Shown: positions 16,201-21,875 of the stretch, one piece after another
Position numbering within the stretch: position 1 is the first letter of the stretch
How the letters are laid out: the number at the start of each line of letters is the position of its first letter
Assembly (NCBI GenBank): GCA_000025185.1
Contig: CP001848.1
Coordinates: forward strand, 4,170,001 to 4,202,000
DNA length: 32,000 nucleotides
Direction: 5' to 3'
Origin: Pirellula staleyi DSM 6068
GTDB taxonomy: Bacteria; Planctomycetota; Planctomycetia; Pirellulales; Pirellulaceae
Notes under the pieces: generated by a model
The model's input: only the letters and a program-made list of their open reading frames with translations
Told to the model about the DNA's origin: nothing
The model's database searches: none
Made by a program: the position numbers and the translations under genes

Positions 16201-18163
16201 CATCGGTTTGCCACCGGATGGACTTCGCACGCTGTTCGTAACGGCAGAAGATCCTTCGGGGAACGTGAGCGGACTCAACGGCGCGGTGACGTTGCAAATT
16301 TTGATCGACACCGTGGGACCACAAATCCTCGACGTCGATGTCAACACGTTCAACGACCCGCTGATTCCAGCCGACGACAACCCTTACGATCTGTTCGATC
16401 CGAAGGGTGATCCACGTCCAGATCCAGACGGACCGACACCACTAGTTGAGTCGCTGGTGGTCACGATTCGCGACTTGCCAGCCACTCCAGTTGGATTCCT
16501 CGACAATCACTTCATCGAAGCGCTAATCGAGAATCCTGGTCACTATCTGGTGACGGGTGATTACAACGGAATCATCCCGATCTCCGAGATCATCTTCACG
16601 TTCGATGGTGACATCAGCACCCCTGCAATCGATCCGATTGTGGCAGGCGCTGTGCAGGGTGGTTACATCGAAATCGTGTTCGTATCGCCACTTCCCGACG
16701 ATCGTTTCACGCTCGAAATCTCGGACGCCATCACTGATGCAGCGGGCAATGCTCTCGATGGCGAAAGCAACGCCGACGAACCTCAAGAGCCAGTGCCACC
16801 AACCACCATTCGTGGTGTCGATGGGGTGCCGAGTGGCGACAACATCTCGGGTGGCGAATTCGTCGCACGCTTCAATGTCGATACGCGACCTGAAGTTGGC
16901 ACCTGGGCTGCAGGTTCGGTGTGGGTCGACAACAACGGCAACGAGTCGTTCGATCCGAACAACCCTGACTTCTCGAATCGCGATATCGCCTACGTTATCG
17001 GGTTCACCACCGACGAGATCTTCGCTGGCAACTTTGCGAACGTTGGTGGAGTGACCGATAACTTTGACAAGCTCGCCGCTTACGGCCGCGTGAATGGTCA
17101 GTATCGCTGGCTTATCGATACCGACAACGACGGCGTGCCGAACATCATCCAGAACGATGCGATGAATATCAGTGGCTACCCAGCTGCTGGTAACTTCAAC
17201 GGCGACACGACCGATGGTGATGAAGTGGCCGTGTTCGATGGAACGCGTTGGCACCTCGATACCAATGGCGACTATCAGCTCGATAGCACGTTGCCAGGCA
17301 CCAGCATGCGTGGCTTGCCTGTGGTTGGCGATTTCGACGACGATGGTATCGACGATCTCGGCACCTGGACCAACGACACGTTCTATCTCGATCTCAGCAC
17401 GATTGGTGGAATCACTGGCAACTTCGATACGACGTTTGTCTTTGGCTTCATCGGCGCGAACGAACGTCCGATTGCTGGCGACGTGAATGCCGACGGAATC
17501 GACGATCTGGGTCTGTTCGTGCCTAAACGTGCCGGTGTTCCAGATCAGGAAACAGCCGAGTGGTACTTCCTGGTTTCGGGCAACGTGCAGAACGACGATA
17601 ACAACGGTGCCGCCTTGCTGGGACCAACGCTTCCTGAACGGATCGTGACCGATCCTGTCACGGGCAACCCAGTGATTCGCTTCCAGCCCGAGCCGTTCGG
17701 CAACGATGTCTACGTTCGCTATGGCGACGAGTTTGCACTCCCTGTGTTTGGCAACTTCGATCCACCACTTACCACGCTCCCAGCGGTTCTCGATCACAAC
17801 ACGCGTGATCCGCTCGACGTGAACAACAGTGGCGGAATCACGCCATTCGATGCACTGCTCATCATCAACCAGTTGAATCTGAACACTTCGGGAACGCCGA
17901 TCGTCGCGGAGTTCTCGGCCTTCAACTCAGCACCATTTTATGATGTGAGTGCCGATGGCCAAATCACGCCGTTCGATGCGCTGCTGGTCATCAACTGGCT
18001 CAACCAAAACCCAGGAGCTGGTTCGATCAACAGCTCGGTGGGAGAGGGTGAAGGGGAAGGCGAACCAGCCGACGCCATTTTTGCGAGCTACGGCGAAGAT
18101 GATAACGACGAGCTGTATGGCTTGTTGGCCTTGGAGACCAGCGGTAGCGGCAAGAAGAAGTAA
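7229..18163 (+). CDS. Giant (3,644 aa) extracellular mosaic repeat protein: cadherin-like/VNDAPT modules, RTX Ca-binding repeats, PPC domain, Ig-like domains, FG-GAP/VCBS repeats, C-terminal dockerin pair
   Basis: An uninterrupted 10,935-nt ORF starts at GTG 7229, with AAGGA 8 nt upstream. The N-terminus is Arg-rich with ...RRGLFEMLERREVMDA and has no hydrophobic signal peptide. Cadherin-like boundaries are SVNDAPT and SVNDNPT (about 8030-9230). The composition is very acidic and Thr/Asn/Gly/Val/Asp-rich. Sub-domains are listed as separate features. Confidence 0.92.
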   Translation: MKRRLNPRRQDLQAQQRASFLGLGRATRPRVTRRGLFEMLERREVMDATYHDLSASNFSQDWTNTGLITTNDNWGGVPSIEGYLGQNITTASNGADPQGLLTVSAVANDLDVIANQTNTTINNGGIAEFELAGNPTIAFQGSGTADAPYIIVYLNTTGRENITFSYNARDIDSTPTTPPSEEDAIQKVAVQYRVGNTGDFTNLPTAYIPDATASPGATLITPVSVVLPAAANNVAQLQIRVITSNAQGSDEWVGIDDILVTSTAAGGGGNAAPVLADGNFVVTTIDEDVTDAANTGMTVTALIASAGDPITDTDAGALEGIAVTAVDNTNGSWQYSLTGVAPWTAFGTPTAAAARLLPADGTARVRFVPNANFNGVINTGLTFRAWDRTTGTSGGTADTQTAGGTTAFSTATDAAALTVTSVNDAPTITPIANQNTASGVAVGPIAFTITDVDNDVATFVSPTNISGSSDNTTVVPNANIVFGGSGASRTVTVTPAAGQSGTAVITVTINDGGVGGTVTETFDMVVAAPVLNTPVVTLLGANATFTEDGAAAVVDAFLTVTDADSTNLTGATITITNLLDGAAESLAPNVGSTPIIGSYLNGVLTLSGTATVAQYQQVLRTITYSNTSQNPSTTPRSISFVVTDGTNSSAVVNKSVNVVSVNDNPTSVTQLPPQTIQVGQTVNFVLNVTDPDDSLFELFVISNTNFTAAQADFVSSGLVASPEFSVTGVAPGVATITYQVRDDESGTGLASFGSFEVTVVPAAAAETEVAVSGNQLVISDIGNASDDNLTLSIDSSVNPPVFVIADPTNTLTTTIAGATGNGTNELRIPLTSPDLATVTGLRVDTGAGNDTLALDFSNGAFALLGNGYSVDFVGGTGSDELQLLGGVWDTNQYDYDIATGPTDGFAGTITLTDVLVSSLTVNFEGLEPILNTGTVTDVIFNLPAVANGVFLEDNGIAADNISRLRSDGTFELTDFTNPTGSLTVNMTGAFSDTVILSGFDVASAIPVVNVNTSDGDDTVSVLATAAATDTNISTGNGISDLVVIGRVSSAAAGTGSLANILGDINTLDPNNMDLTVDNGADASNRDWLISSPGVAQGRIATTGLGLISYDTGSTNTLSLQTGTGSDEFTFDFTGGNPTDPLPFAGFNISAGAGAGSDSIVLQGSPTFGTVTHSFTNDNDGNIAIEGADINYIGLEPIIDNLDVNNRIFNFAQEVDPVSLTRVSGTLTRIESTVNEQVDFTTPNTSLTINGSVTAGAFVLQVLDLADDYNTATNTINPNSTGFSSTTFETTGDAASNWIVNGANNFQNVVTVSPAAGTLDNIQGSITFFGGTGNADVLFVLDYSDTDDNTYTLDSPVPGSFTIDRVGAGLITHDLAVEVVQLDAGRGNDTINVNATSGEAFTEVEGGLGDDSFGVNASRLGEGGTDGTVELIGNDDDDTFDIFITTLAGISAPLSIDGGANNFAVDGSRDTVNVNDVVGLGALVATATYGAGSDFTLSGALLVNDLNVTQAETIRYFGGGGGDQITVVGTGASDDLITAVPLNSFTTLVFNNSPADASGPFNGPPEDFTTRIPGVSGGSVRPDLYLTGLDSTTGLTISDPGPGTGDRLYVYGQSEVEVNDTLAFDPFGFGAGVIVPAVTVGTAYDTIVVDDTSVSVNNFVVVNYNNTDFVQADPLTEASVVVNSGFEGNVVGTADDIAVTLSPNYRFTINGGDPDPVTTGIVPPNGDRLSITNTADVVNIWSTKDPLGIDLPIITIDYVGSGLVPISFSSIEDFGTINATTVNLIGDNNDAGIDQNDDFRVFGADTDGDPTDGGYQEFVLFINNSPTALSFNNVKFLNVFGFDQVSGGLDNPVAGDDSNIDTLELTPYADNSGTNGNNAPTGWGIDVFFNEGEPNGTDGAQDLIIYHTSLGFGGGGSVSEDIVVVPSGPDNGEIRVTNAVDGSLIVVIQYVANTDLIFQDDDGSLTDSDTLTLLGTVPVTAQTSGDDDFEIDMQAAGDVANPWITVTDADSNLILYRVRNFVGFPTISIDTLAGDDAVLVNNNATQRIEVSLGEGDDLFNGDLNGTGTSLSLNAPVYGGSGNDILLGTSEADVLHGEGGFDSINGGDGADTLYGGDDIDTFSVIAGEGLDFISGGSGSTDQVVYNSSVAEVASLRSISGTGVVLTVGGNQVFGASDIESVRLVYSGQITLTLEDLEQSSVVDVQVRLNSAAVDSLTVNGSQVSDQISVVPGADGLFVDGLPYDLNISTAQPTDTLTILGLGGNDNLIATEAAAALMTLTFDGGAGDDYLSANATLIGGDGNDTLIGGSGNNILIGGAGNDLIRGGAGDDTIDGGDGDDTIVGGTGADTIDGGADFDTILVEGTSANDRISVQQDTPTQIQYEVSNQFTPGVDGVIGGVGTEVDILSSGSVEEIKVLAGAGDDQILVRQADGLISTNSQALSLRVTVDGGSPGASDRLTIVDDGAGDTVIHRISATPGSGSYTIGALAPIFYDGIEYTSMSQIDPITGGTGTDGLGNGRLYVFKADTYEQNNTLPNATFLGSGASINIDPVIDPGPDAVFGVGGDEDWYRLVAEQTGTLDIRVFFRLQPTLANGRLGLPGNGNLDIAVYDLDGTDITSTFRVVGAAGDERVRIPAVEGQTYYLRVRASTANPDAVNVYNINVVNDAPPVAYGLELNDLVASGTIVNSISAVSFIGPASLSTVDDFYNGKWVYITAGARAGERALVTDYVGATRTFTLAAGTSGLTGAPGLVTFQVESFDTGRSQLDNLTRDTTPTIVFRLDDGIFLNDVQGNGVAGNPPVGAVAIPFRTGPVVAGQAGYAIAIFDEGASPNGSGTAPQTPIGYATQISPGLYEFTPTVALAEGSHFLSARVEMRGSDTPQQIAYGDRSSLLEIVVDSTAPLVDFGLYNVLGDGLVADSDSGVIGDQTTSDTTPSFFGRAESDAIVRLYVDSNGNGVFDNTDLQIGQTVAQPFDGTNQFPNGQWEITSLYDLNNIGLPPDGLRTLFVTAEDPSGNVSGLNGAVTLQILIDTVGPQILDVDVNTFNDPLIPADDNPYDLFDPKGDPRPDPDGPTPLVESLVVTIRDLPATPVGFLDNHFIEALIENPGHYLVTGDYNGIIPISEIIFTFDGDISTPAIDPIVAGAVQGGYIEIVFVSPLPDDRFTLEISDAITDAAGNALDGESNADEPQEPVPPTTIRGVDGVPSGDNISGGEFVARFNVDTRPEVGTWAAGSVWVDNNGNESFDPNNPDFSNRDIAYVIGFTTDEIFAGNFANVGGVTDNFDKLAAYGRVNGQYRWLIDTDNDGVPNIIQNDAMNISGYPAAGNFNGDTTDGDEVAVFDGTRWHLDTNGDYQLDSTLPGTSMRGLPVVGDFDDDGIDDLGTWTNDTFYLDLSTIGGITGNFDTTFVFGFIGANERPIAGDVNADGIDDLGLFVPKRAGVPDQETAEWYFLVSGNVQNDDNNGAALLGPTLPERIVTDPVTGNPVIRFQPEPFGNDVYVRYGDEFALPVFGNFDPPLTTLPAVLDHNTRDPLDVNNSGGITPFDALLIINQLNLNTSGTPIVAEFSAFNSAPFYDVSADGQITPFDALLVINWLNQNPGAGSINSSVGEGEGEGEPADAIFASYGEDDNDELYGLLALETSGSGKKK
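13451..13588 (+). repeat. RTX/haemolysin-type Ca-binding nonapeptide repeats, block 1 (inside giant CDS)
   Basis: VYGGSGNDILLGTSEADVLHGEGGFDSINGGDGADTLYGGDDIDTF, with GGxGxD-type spacing. Confidence 0.7.
14063..14296 (+). repeat. RTX/haemolysin-type Ca-binding nonapeptide repeats, block 2 (inside giant CDS)
   Basis: FDGGAGDDYLSANATLIGGDGNDTLIGGSGNNILIGGAGNDLIRGGAGDDTIDGGDGDDTIVGGTGADTIDGGADFDT. This is a regular GGxGxDxLx periodicity, 27 nt at the DNA level. Confidence 0.85.
14798..15214 (+). other. Bacterial pre-peptidase C-terminal (PPC)-like domain inside giant CDS
   Basis: DTYEQNNTLPNATFLG...GDEDWYRLVAEQTGTLDIRVFF...NLDIAVYDLDG...GQTYYLRVRA...NVYNINVVN. This matches the D-x-x-E-x-N-(D/N)-T pattern followed by D(E)DWY, Y-x-(L/V)-x-V that I recall for PF04151. 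Confidence 0.65.
16898..17521 (+). repeat. FG-GAP/VCBS-like repeats (integrin-alpha-type beta-propeller blades) inside giant CDS
   Basis: Recurrent blades: VWVDNNGNESFD, LIDTDNDGVPN, AAGNFNGDTTDGDEVAVF, VVGDFDDDGIDDLGTW, IAGDVNADGIDDLGLF. Confidence 0.7.
17807..18004 (+). repeat. Dockerin type I-like duplicated EF-hand segment at C-terminus of giant CDS
   Basis: DPLDVNNSGGITPFDALLIINQLN and YDVSADGQITPFDALLVINWLN are two copies of the D-x-N/D-x-D/S-G-x-I-T-x-x-D-A-L-x-(I/V)-I-N motif. Confidence 0.8.
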
Positions 18164-18222
18164 GCAGCTTTTCGCCTAACGACTGTGCTGCCCTGCGTTT
18201 GCGGGGCGGCTTAAAAAACAGG

Positions 18223-18266
18223 AGCCCGTTCTGCTGGCATCGAGTCTGGCAGGACGGGCTTTTTTG
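18223..18266 (+). terminator. Rho-independent terminator downstream of giant gene
   Basis: 12-bp stem AGCCCGTTCTGC (18223-18234) / GCAGGACGGGCT (18249-18260) with one G-U pair, 14-nt loop, then TTTTT (18261-18265). A smaller hairpin, CCCTGC-GTTT-GCGGGG, precedes it at about 18191-18206. Confidence 0.85.
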
Positions 18267-18361
18267 TGAAGTCGATCGGGCAGACGCGAATCGTTTCCAG
18301 CCGCCCGCCCCTCCAATTGCCCAAACCGGGTGCTTCGCGGCATAATTAGGTTCTTACCTGA

Positions 18362-18874
18362 ATGTCAGTCAGCGACAGCCGTCGCTCCACGACTCGGATA
18401 CCCAGCGAAGTCTCTCCAAAGGATTTACAAGTGAAGATTGCGACGATTGAAACGAGCAAGGGCACGATCGAAATCGAACTGTATGATGAAAAAGTTCCCA
18501 AGACGGTCGAGAACTTCGAGAAGCTCGTGACCAAAGGGTTCTACGATGGCCTGAAGTTCCATCGCGTGATCGCCGACTTCATGGTGCAAACTGGTTGCCC
18601 TCAAGGAACCGGAACGGGTGGTCCAGGCTACAAGTTTGCCGACGAATTTCATCCGACGCTGAAGCACAGCGGCCCTGGAATTCTCTCGATGGCTAACGCT
18701 GGCCCGAATACCAACGGCTCGCAGTTCTTCATCACCCATGTCGCCACTCCTTGGCTCGACGGCAAGCATTCGGTGTTTGGCAAGGTGACGAAGGGGCAGG
18801 ATGTGGTGGATGCCATCCGTCAGGGGGACGTCATGAAGAAAGTGACAATCACTACCGCCGAAGCTGCCAAGTAA
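18362..18874 (+). CDS. Cyclophilin-type peptidyl-prolyl cis-trans isomerase
   Basis: Motifs [31 protein letters not shown] and [34 protein letters not shown]. The start is uncertain. GTG 18431 ([18 protein letters not shown]...) has AAAGGA 7 nt upstream and would give a typical 147-aa cyclophilin. ATG 18362 is the longest ORF. Confidence 0.9.
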   Translation: MSVSDSRRSTTRIPSEVSPKDLQVKIATIETSKGTIEIELYDEKVPKTVENFEKLVTKGFYDGLKFHRVIADFMVQTGCPQGTGTGGPGYKFADEFHPTLKHSGPGILSMANAGPNTNGSQFFITHVATPWLDGKHSVFGKVTKGQDVVDAIRQGDVMKKVTITTAEAAK

Positions 18875-18962
18875 ATTGGCAAGCGACCATGCCTCTACAC
18901 TCGCTGAGCAGCGGGTGCTATAGTTCAAAACAGATCGCGATTGCCATTGGCCGCGATCCTTC

Positions 18963-19035
18963 GGGGACGTAGCTCAACTGGGAGAGCGCAGCGTTCGCAA
19001 TGCTGAGGTTGGCGGTTCGATCCCGCTCGTCTCCA
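18963..19035 (+). tRNA. tRNA-Ala (anticodon CGC)
   Basis: The cloverleaf was folded by hand. Acceptor GGGGACG/CGTCTCC includes the G3:U70 alanine identity pair. D arm GCTC-AACTGGGA-GAGC. Anticodon stem CAGCG/TGCTG with loop TTCGCAA (CGC at 18996-18998). T arm GGCGG-TTCGATC-CCGCT. Discriminator A at 19035. The 3' CCA is not encoded. Confidence 0.93.
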
Positions 19036-19069
19036 CTCCCGTCGCTGTCGAAAATGAGTATCTCAAGAG

Positions 19070-19101
19070 GGCCGCTGCTGATCTTCAGTCGCGGCCTTTT
19101 T
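19070..19101 (+). terminator. Rho-independent terminator downstream of tRNA-Ala
   Basis: GGCCGC...GCGGCC outer stem with an inner CTGA/TCAG pairing (19070-19096), followed by TTTTT (19097-19101). It lies between the tRNA and the convergent kinase gene. Confidence 0.65.
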
Positions 19102-19157
19102 CGTGCGCATCCCCAAAAACGAAAGATGCTCGTATGCGGTGGCAGTTGGGCCTTCCG

Positions 19158-20645
19158 CTAAGAATTTACAGCGGTCGCAGGCGCTGCCGCGATGCTGGAA
19201 AGTGGCTTCGCAATCGGAATGGTAAACCGAAAAGTAGTCCCTTCGTTGTCGCGGCTGGTCGCACTGATTTCGCCATGATGGGCATTGATAATCGCCGCAC
19301 AAATGCAGAGCCCCAGCCCCGTTCCACCGACACTGCTGCCACGCGAACGTTTGCGATCGACGCGATAAAACCGCTCGAAAATATGGGGCAAATGCTTCTC
19401 GGGAATTCCGATGCCGTTATCGCTCACAACCACCTCGGCAAGCCCCTTCTCTTCATTCACAAAAAGTGACACGCGAACCACACCGGAGCCCCGGTTCTCG
19501 TTGGTTTCGTCGTCGTACCGGGCTGCCGTGAATTTGATGGCATTGTCGAGCAAGTTGTTCATCACTTGTCGGAGATGCAGACGGTTACCGATCACGGTGC
19601 AGGGAGTAAGCGAATACGACTCGATCCGTAGCCCTCGGAACTCTGCCACCGGCTGAAACATGTCGATCGCCGTCTTCACCACGTCGCTCAGCGAAGTTCG
19701 TTCGGCACTCACGCGGAGTCGATCGGCATCCGATTCCGCCAGCAACAGAAGCTGATTGACGAGCGACTCGAGCGATGCACATTCCTCGATCATTTCGGCC
19801 AGCAGCTCTTCGTACTCTGCAGAACTTCGCCCTTTACTGAGAGCGACTTCCACACTGCTTCGAATGGCGGCTAGTGGCGTGCGAAGTTCGTGGGCTGCGT
19901 TGGCCAAAAAGTCATGTTTTTCCTGCAAATAATCGGCAATTCGATCGAGCAGGCCATTGATCGTGATGGCCAGGTGGTCGAGTTCATCACCCGCATCACG
20001 CAGCGGCAATCGCTCACTTAATTCCGACGGCCTAAGGCTGGCTGTCGTTTGAATAATTTCGGCCAGGGGACGGGTCGCGCGGCCCGCCAGTAAATAACCT
20101 CCCAGTGGGGAAAGTACTAGCACAATGCCACCGACGAGCAGTGTCAAGCGATCGAGCCGCGCCATATCGCGAGTGATGAAGGCTTGGGAAGAGCCGACAC
20201 AAACCTGCTTGCCACGTGGATCTGCGCCGGGAAGATCGAGGAACACGATCCGGTAGCCATCGCGGCTCGTTCGTTTTCGCCCCGATGCGGCAATTGAGAT
20301 CAGATTGAGACCGCCGGGTGTGCCACTGCTCGACCAGGCTGTTAGTCCACGGGCATCAAAAAACTGGACAAACCAACCTTGAAATTCATGTCCCCGCGCT
20401 TTGCGATCGAGCTCTTCTTCGAGCCGCTGCCAGTTCAACTGCTGTTTCTCTTCAGAGAAGTAAAGCGAGATCTCTTGCAGGTCCTGTGTCAGCACCTGAT
20501 CGAGTTCTGCCTGCAGGGCAAAGCGGACACCTTCGCGGAGCGTCACAAGCACCGCAATGCCGGTCAGGATCACCGCAGTGGCATTCCAGAGCATTAGACG
20601 AAATCGGAGTGTCCGGAACTGCGCACTAAGTTGTTCGAAGAACAT
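19158..20645 (-). CDS. Two-component sensor histidine kinase (2 TM, periplasmic loop, HAMP, HisKA, HATPase_c)
   Basis: TM1 LMLWNATAVILTGIAVLVTL and TM2 LTLLVGGIVLVLSPLGGYLLAG. H-box FLANAAHELRTPLAAI. N/G boxes NLLDNAIKFT, DNGIGIPEKHLPHIFERFYRVD, GTGLGLCICAAII. The start overlaps the upstream regulator gene by 20 nt. Confidence 0.9.
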   Translation of the reverse strand: MFFEQLSAQFRTLRFRLMLWNATAVILTGIAVLVTLREGVRFALQAELDQVLTQDLQEISLYFSEEKQQLNWQRLEEELDRKARGHEFQGWFVQFFDARGLTAWSSSGTPGGLNLISIAASGRKRTSRDGYRIVFLDLPGADPRGKQVCVGSSQAFITRDMARLDRLTLLVGGIVLVLSPLGGYLLAGRATRPLAEIIQTTASLRPSELSERLPLRDAGDELDHLAITINGLLDRIADYLQEKHDFLANAAHELRTPLAAIRSSVEVALSKGRSSAEYEELLAEMIEECASLESLVNQLLLLAESDADRLRVSAERTSLSDVVKTAIDMFQPVAEFRGLRIESYSLTPCTVIGNRLHLRQVMNNLLDNAIKFTAARYDDETNENRGSGVVRVSLFVNEEKGLAEVVVSDNGIGIPEKHLPHIFERFYRVDRKRSRGSSVGGTGLGLCICAAIINAHHGEISATSRDNEGTTFRFTIPIAKPLSSIAAAPATAVNS

Positions 20646-21297
20646 ATCCCCGGCCTCGGACGGTTTGAATCAGCGGCTCAGAGAAGCCGCGATCAATCTT
20701 ACCGCGAAGTCGATTGATGTGCACTTCGACAACGTTAGTGACCCCTTCCCAGTCCGATTCCCACAGGTGCTCACAGAGCATTTTGCGAGTGACAACCTGC
20801 CCGGCGTAGCGCATCAAAAACTCGAGCAGGCTGAACTCCGTGGGAGTCAGGCTCAGTTCGCTATCGTTGCGCGTTACTTTGCGATTGGTGAGATCGAGTA
20901 CCAGAGGACCCACCTTCAGCTGCGAACTGGGGCGATCTTTTGTGCGGCGACTGATGGCATCTAGCCGAGCCAAAAGCTCGGGGAAAGCAAACGGTTTGAC
21001 GAGGTAATCATCGGCCCCGCTGTTGAGCCCCGCGACCCGGTCGTCGACTGAACCAAGTGCTGTGAGCATCAAAACCGGGGTGCCGATTCCGTCGTGCCGA
21101 ATCTTGCGAACCACCTCCATGCCGGTTGTATCGGGCAGCATGACATCGAGCACCAGCGCATCAAACTGCTGGGTTGAGGCTTGTTCGAGCCCCGATTTCC
21201 CAGTCCGTTCCCACTGACAAAAGTGTCCCGCTTCGGAGAGGCCGCGCTCCAGTGCTTTCCCAAGCACGGGGTCATCCTCGATGACTAACAGTTTCAC
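20626..21297 (-). CDS. OmpR/PhoB-family response regulator (CusR/CopR-like subfamily by eye)
   Basis: Receiver domain MKLLVIEDD...ALVLDVMLPD...LTALGSVDDRVAGLNSGADDYLVKPFAFPELLARL. Winged-helix domain LTPTEFSLLEFLMRYAGQVVTRKML...VEVHINRLRGKIDRGFSEPLIQTVRGRGYVL. It is close to my recollection of E. coli CusR, but no metal link is demonstrable here. Confidence 0.9.
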   Translation of the reverse strand: MKLLVIEDDPVLGKALERGLSEAGHFCQWERTGKSGLEQASTQQFDALVLDVMLPDTTGMEVVRKIRHDGIGTPVLMLTALGSVDDRVAGLNSGADDYLVKPFAFPELLARLDAISRRTKDRPSSQLKVGPLVLDLTNRKVTRNDSELSLTPTEFSLLEFLMRYAGQVVTRKMLCEHLWESDWEGVTNVVEVHINRLRGKIDRGFSEPLIQTVRGRGYVLRTT

Positions 21298-21324
21298 AAG
21301 GGCGTTCCTTACGTCGTTAATCAG

Positions 21325-21348
21325 GTGTTAGCTTGAATGCACTAACAC
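21325..21348. promoter_or_regulatory. 7-bp perfect inverted repeat GTGTTAG-N10-CTAACAC about 30-50 nt upstream of the response-regulator start
   Basis: Arms lie at 21325-21331 and 21342-21348. It is a candidate operator or 5'-UTR hairpin. The function is not established. Confidence 0.25.
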
Positions 21349-21795
21349 CCTGCTATCGGGTAATTGTCGGAAGGAGAGGAGGCATTGGCTAGGCCCAAAA
21401 TCAGAACCTTGCGAAATCGTAAGGTGAATCATAGCAGGGGTTTCCGCTGCAGCCGTTCCTTACAGATTCGTAACCGATTTGAGGCTTCACAGGCTCACTT
21501 GCAAAGCTAGACTGACCGATGTCAGGCAATGCGGTGGCAATCGATTAAGGCGACTGGATTTCAATCAGCCCAGCCTAAGGTAAGAGGCGGAGCTGAACTG
21601 AGCCCATCGCTGGCCGCGATAGTAGCCCTCGATTTTCGAAAGCTACTCGCAGCCACGCATCGCTTGGTCGGCCATCCATCGCACCCTCGAGATCCACTAG
21701 GCCAGTTCCTAGGAGACACTCGAGGCAAAGCTGGCAATCGCAGGGATTGTTATCGGACCCCGTAACAACCCCCTAGGTATTGTAAGCCCCCGCCC

Positions 21796-21813
21796 CATGC
21801 TTCACGAAGCATG
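21796..21813. promoter_or_regulatory. 8-2-8 palindrome CATGCTTC-AC-GAAGCATG about 65 nt upstream of the SulP start
   Basis: Perfect 8-bp arms lie at 21796-21803 and 21806-21813. It is a candidate dimeric-regulator operator or leader hairpin. The chance expectation in a 578-nt spacer is not negligible. Confidence 0.25.
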
Positions 21814-21875
21814 TTGGTTCGAATGGTGACGCACGTTCGCTGATCGCATGGGAAGCTAAACCCCGGAGAAGAGCT

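Noticed and set aside
7427-17797. Many minus-strand and off-frame ORFs sit inside the giant gene (for example 16523-17797 at 424 aa, 14048-15139 at 363 aa, 11882-12673 at 263 aa).
   Set aside because: All are nested in a single uninterrupted 10.9-kb ORF with coherent domain architecture. Their translations are Arg/Val/Asp-rich mirror images of the repeats, with no independent motifs.
18041-18064. A GEGEGEGE micro-repeat and the RTX 27-nt periodicity were checked as possible CRISPR-like or tandem-repeat loci.
   Set aside because: Both are in-frame coding repeats inside the giant ORF. No repeat-spacer architecture exists anywhere in the window.
20626-20645. There is a 20-nt overlap between the regulator stop and the kinase start, and a 19-nt convergent overlap at 26515-26533.
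   Set aside because: Short overlaps of this kind are common in compact operons and at convergent gene ends. Neither indicates frameshifting or mis-assembly.
21529-21765. A 78-aa ORF lies in the long spacer between the regulator and SulP genes.
   Set aside because: It has no ribosome-binding context and an Arg/Gly/Pro-rich composition without motifs. More likely the region is non-coding regulatory sequence. It cannot be excluded without expression or conservation data.
21816-21824. A GGTTCGAAT T-loop-like motif in the SulP upstream region prompted a check for a tRNA or tmRNA.
   Set aside because: The flanking sequence does not form a T-stem (GTTGG against GGTGA is not complementary), and no acceptor or anticodon arms can be drawn.
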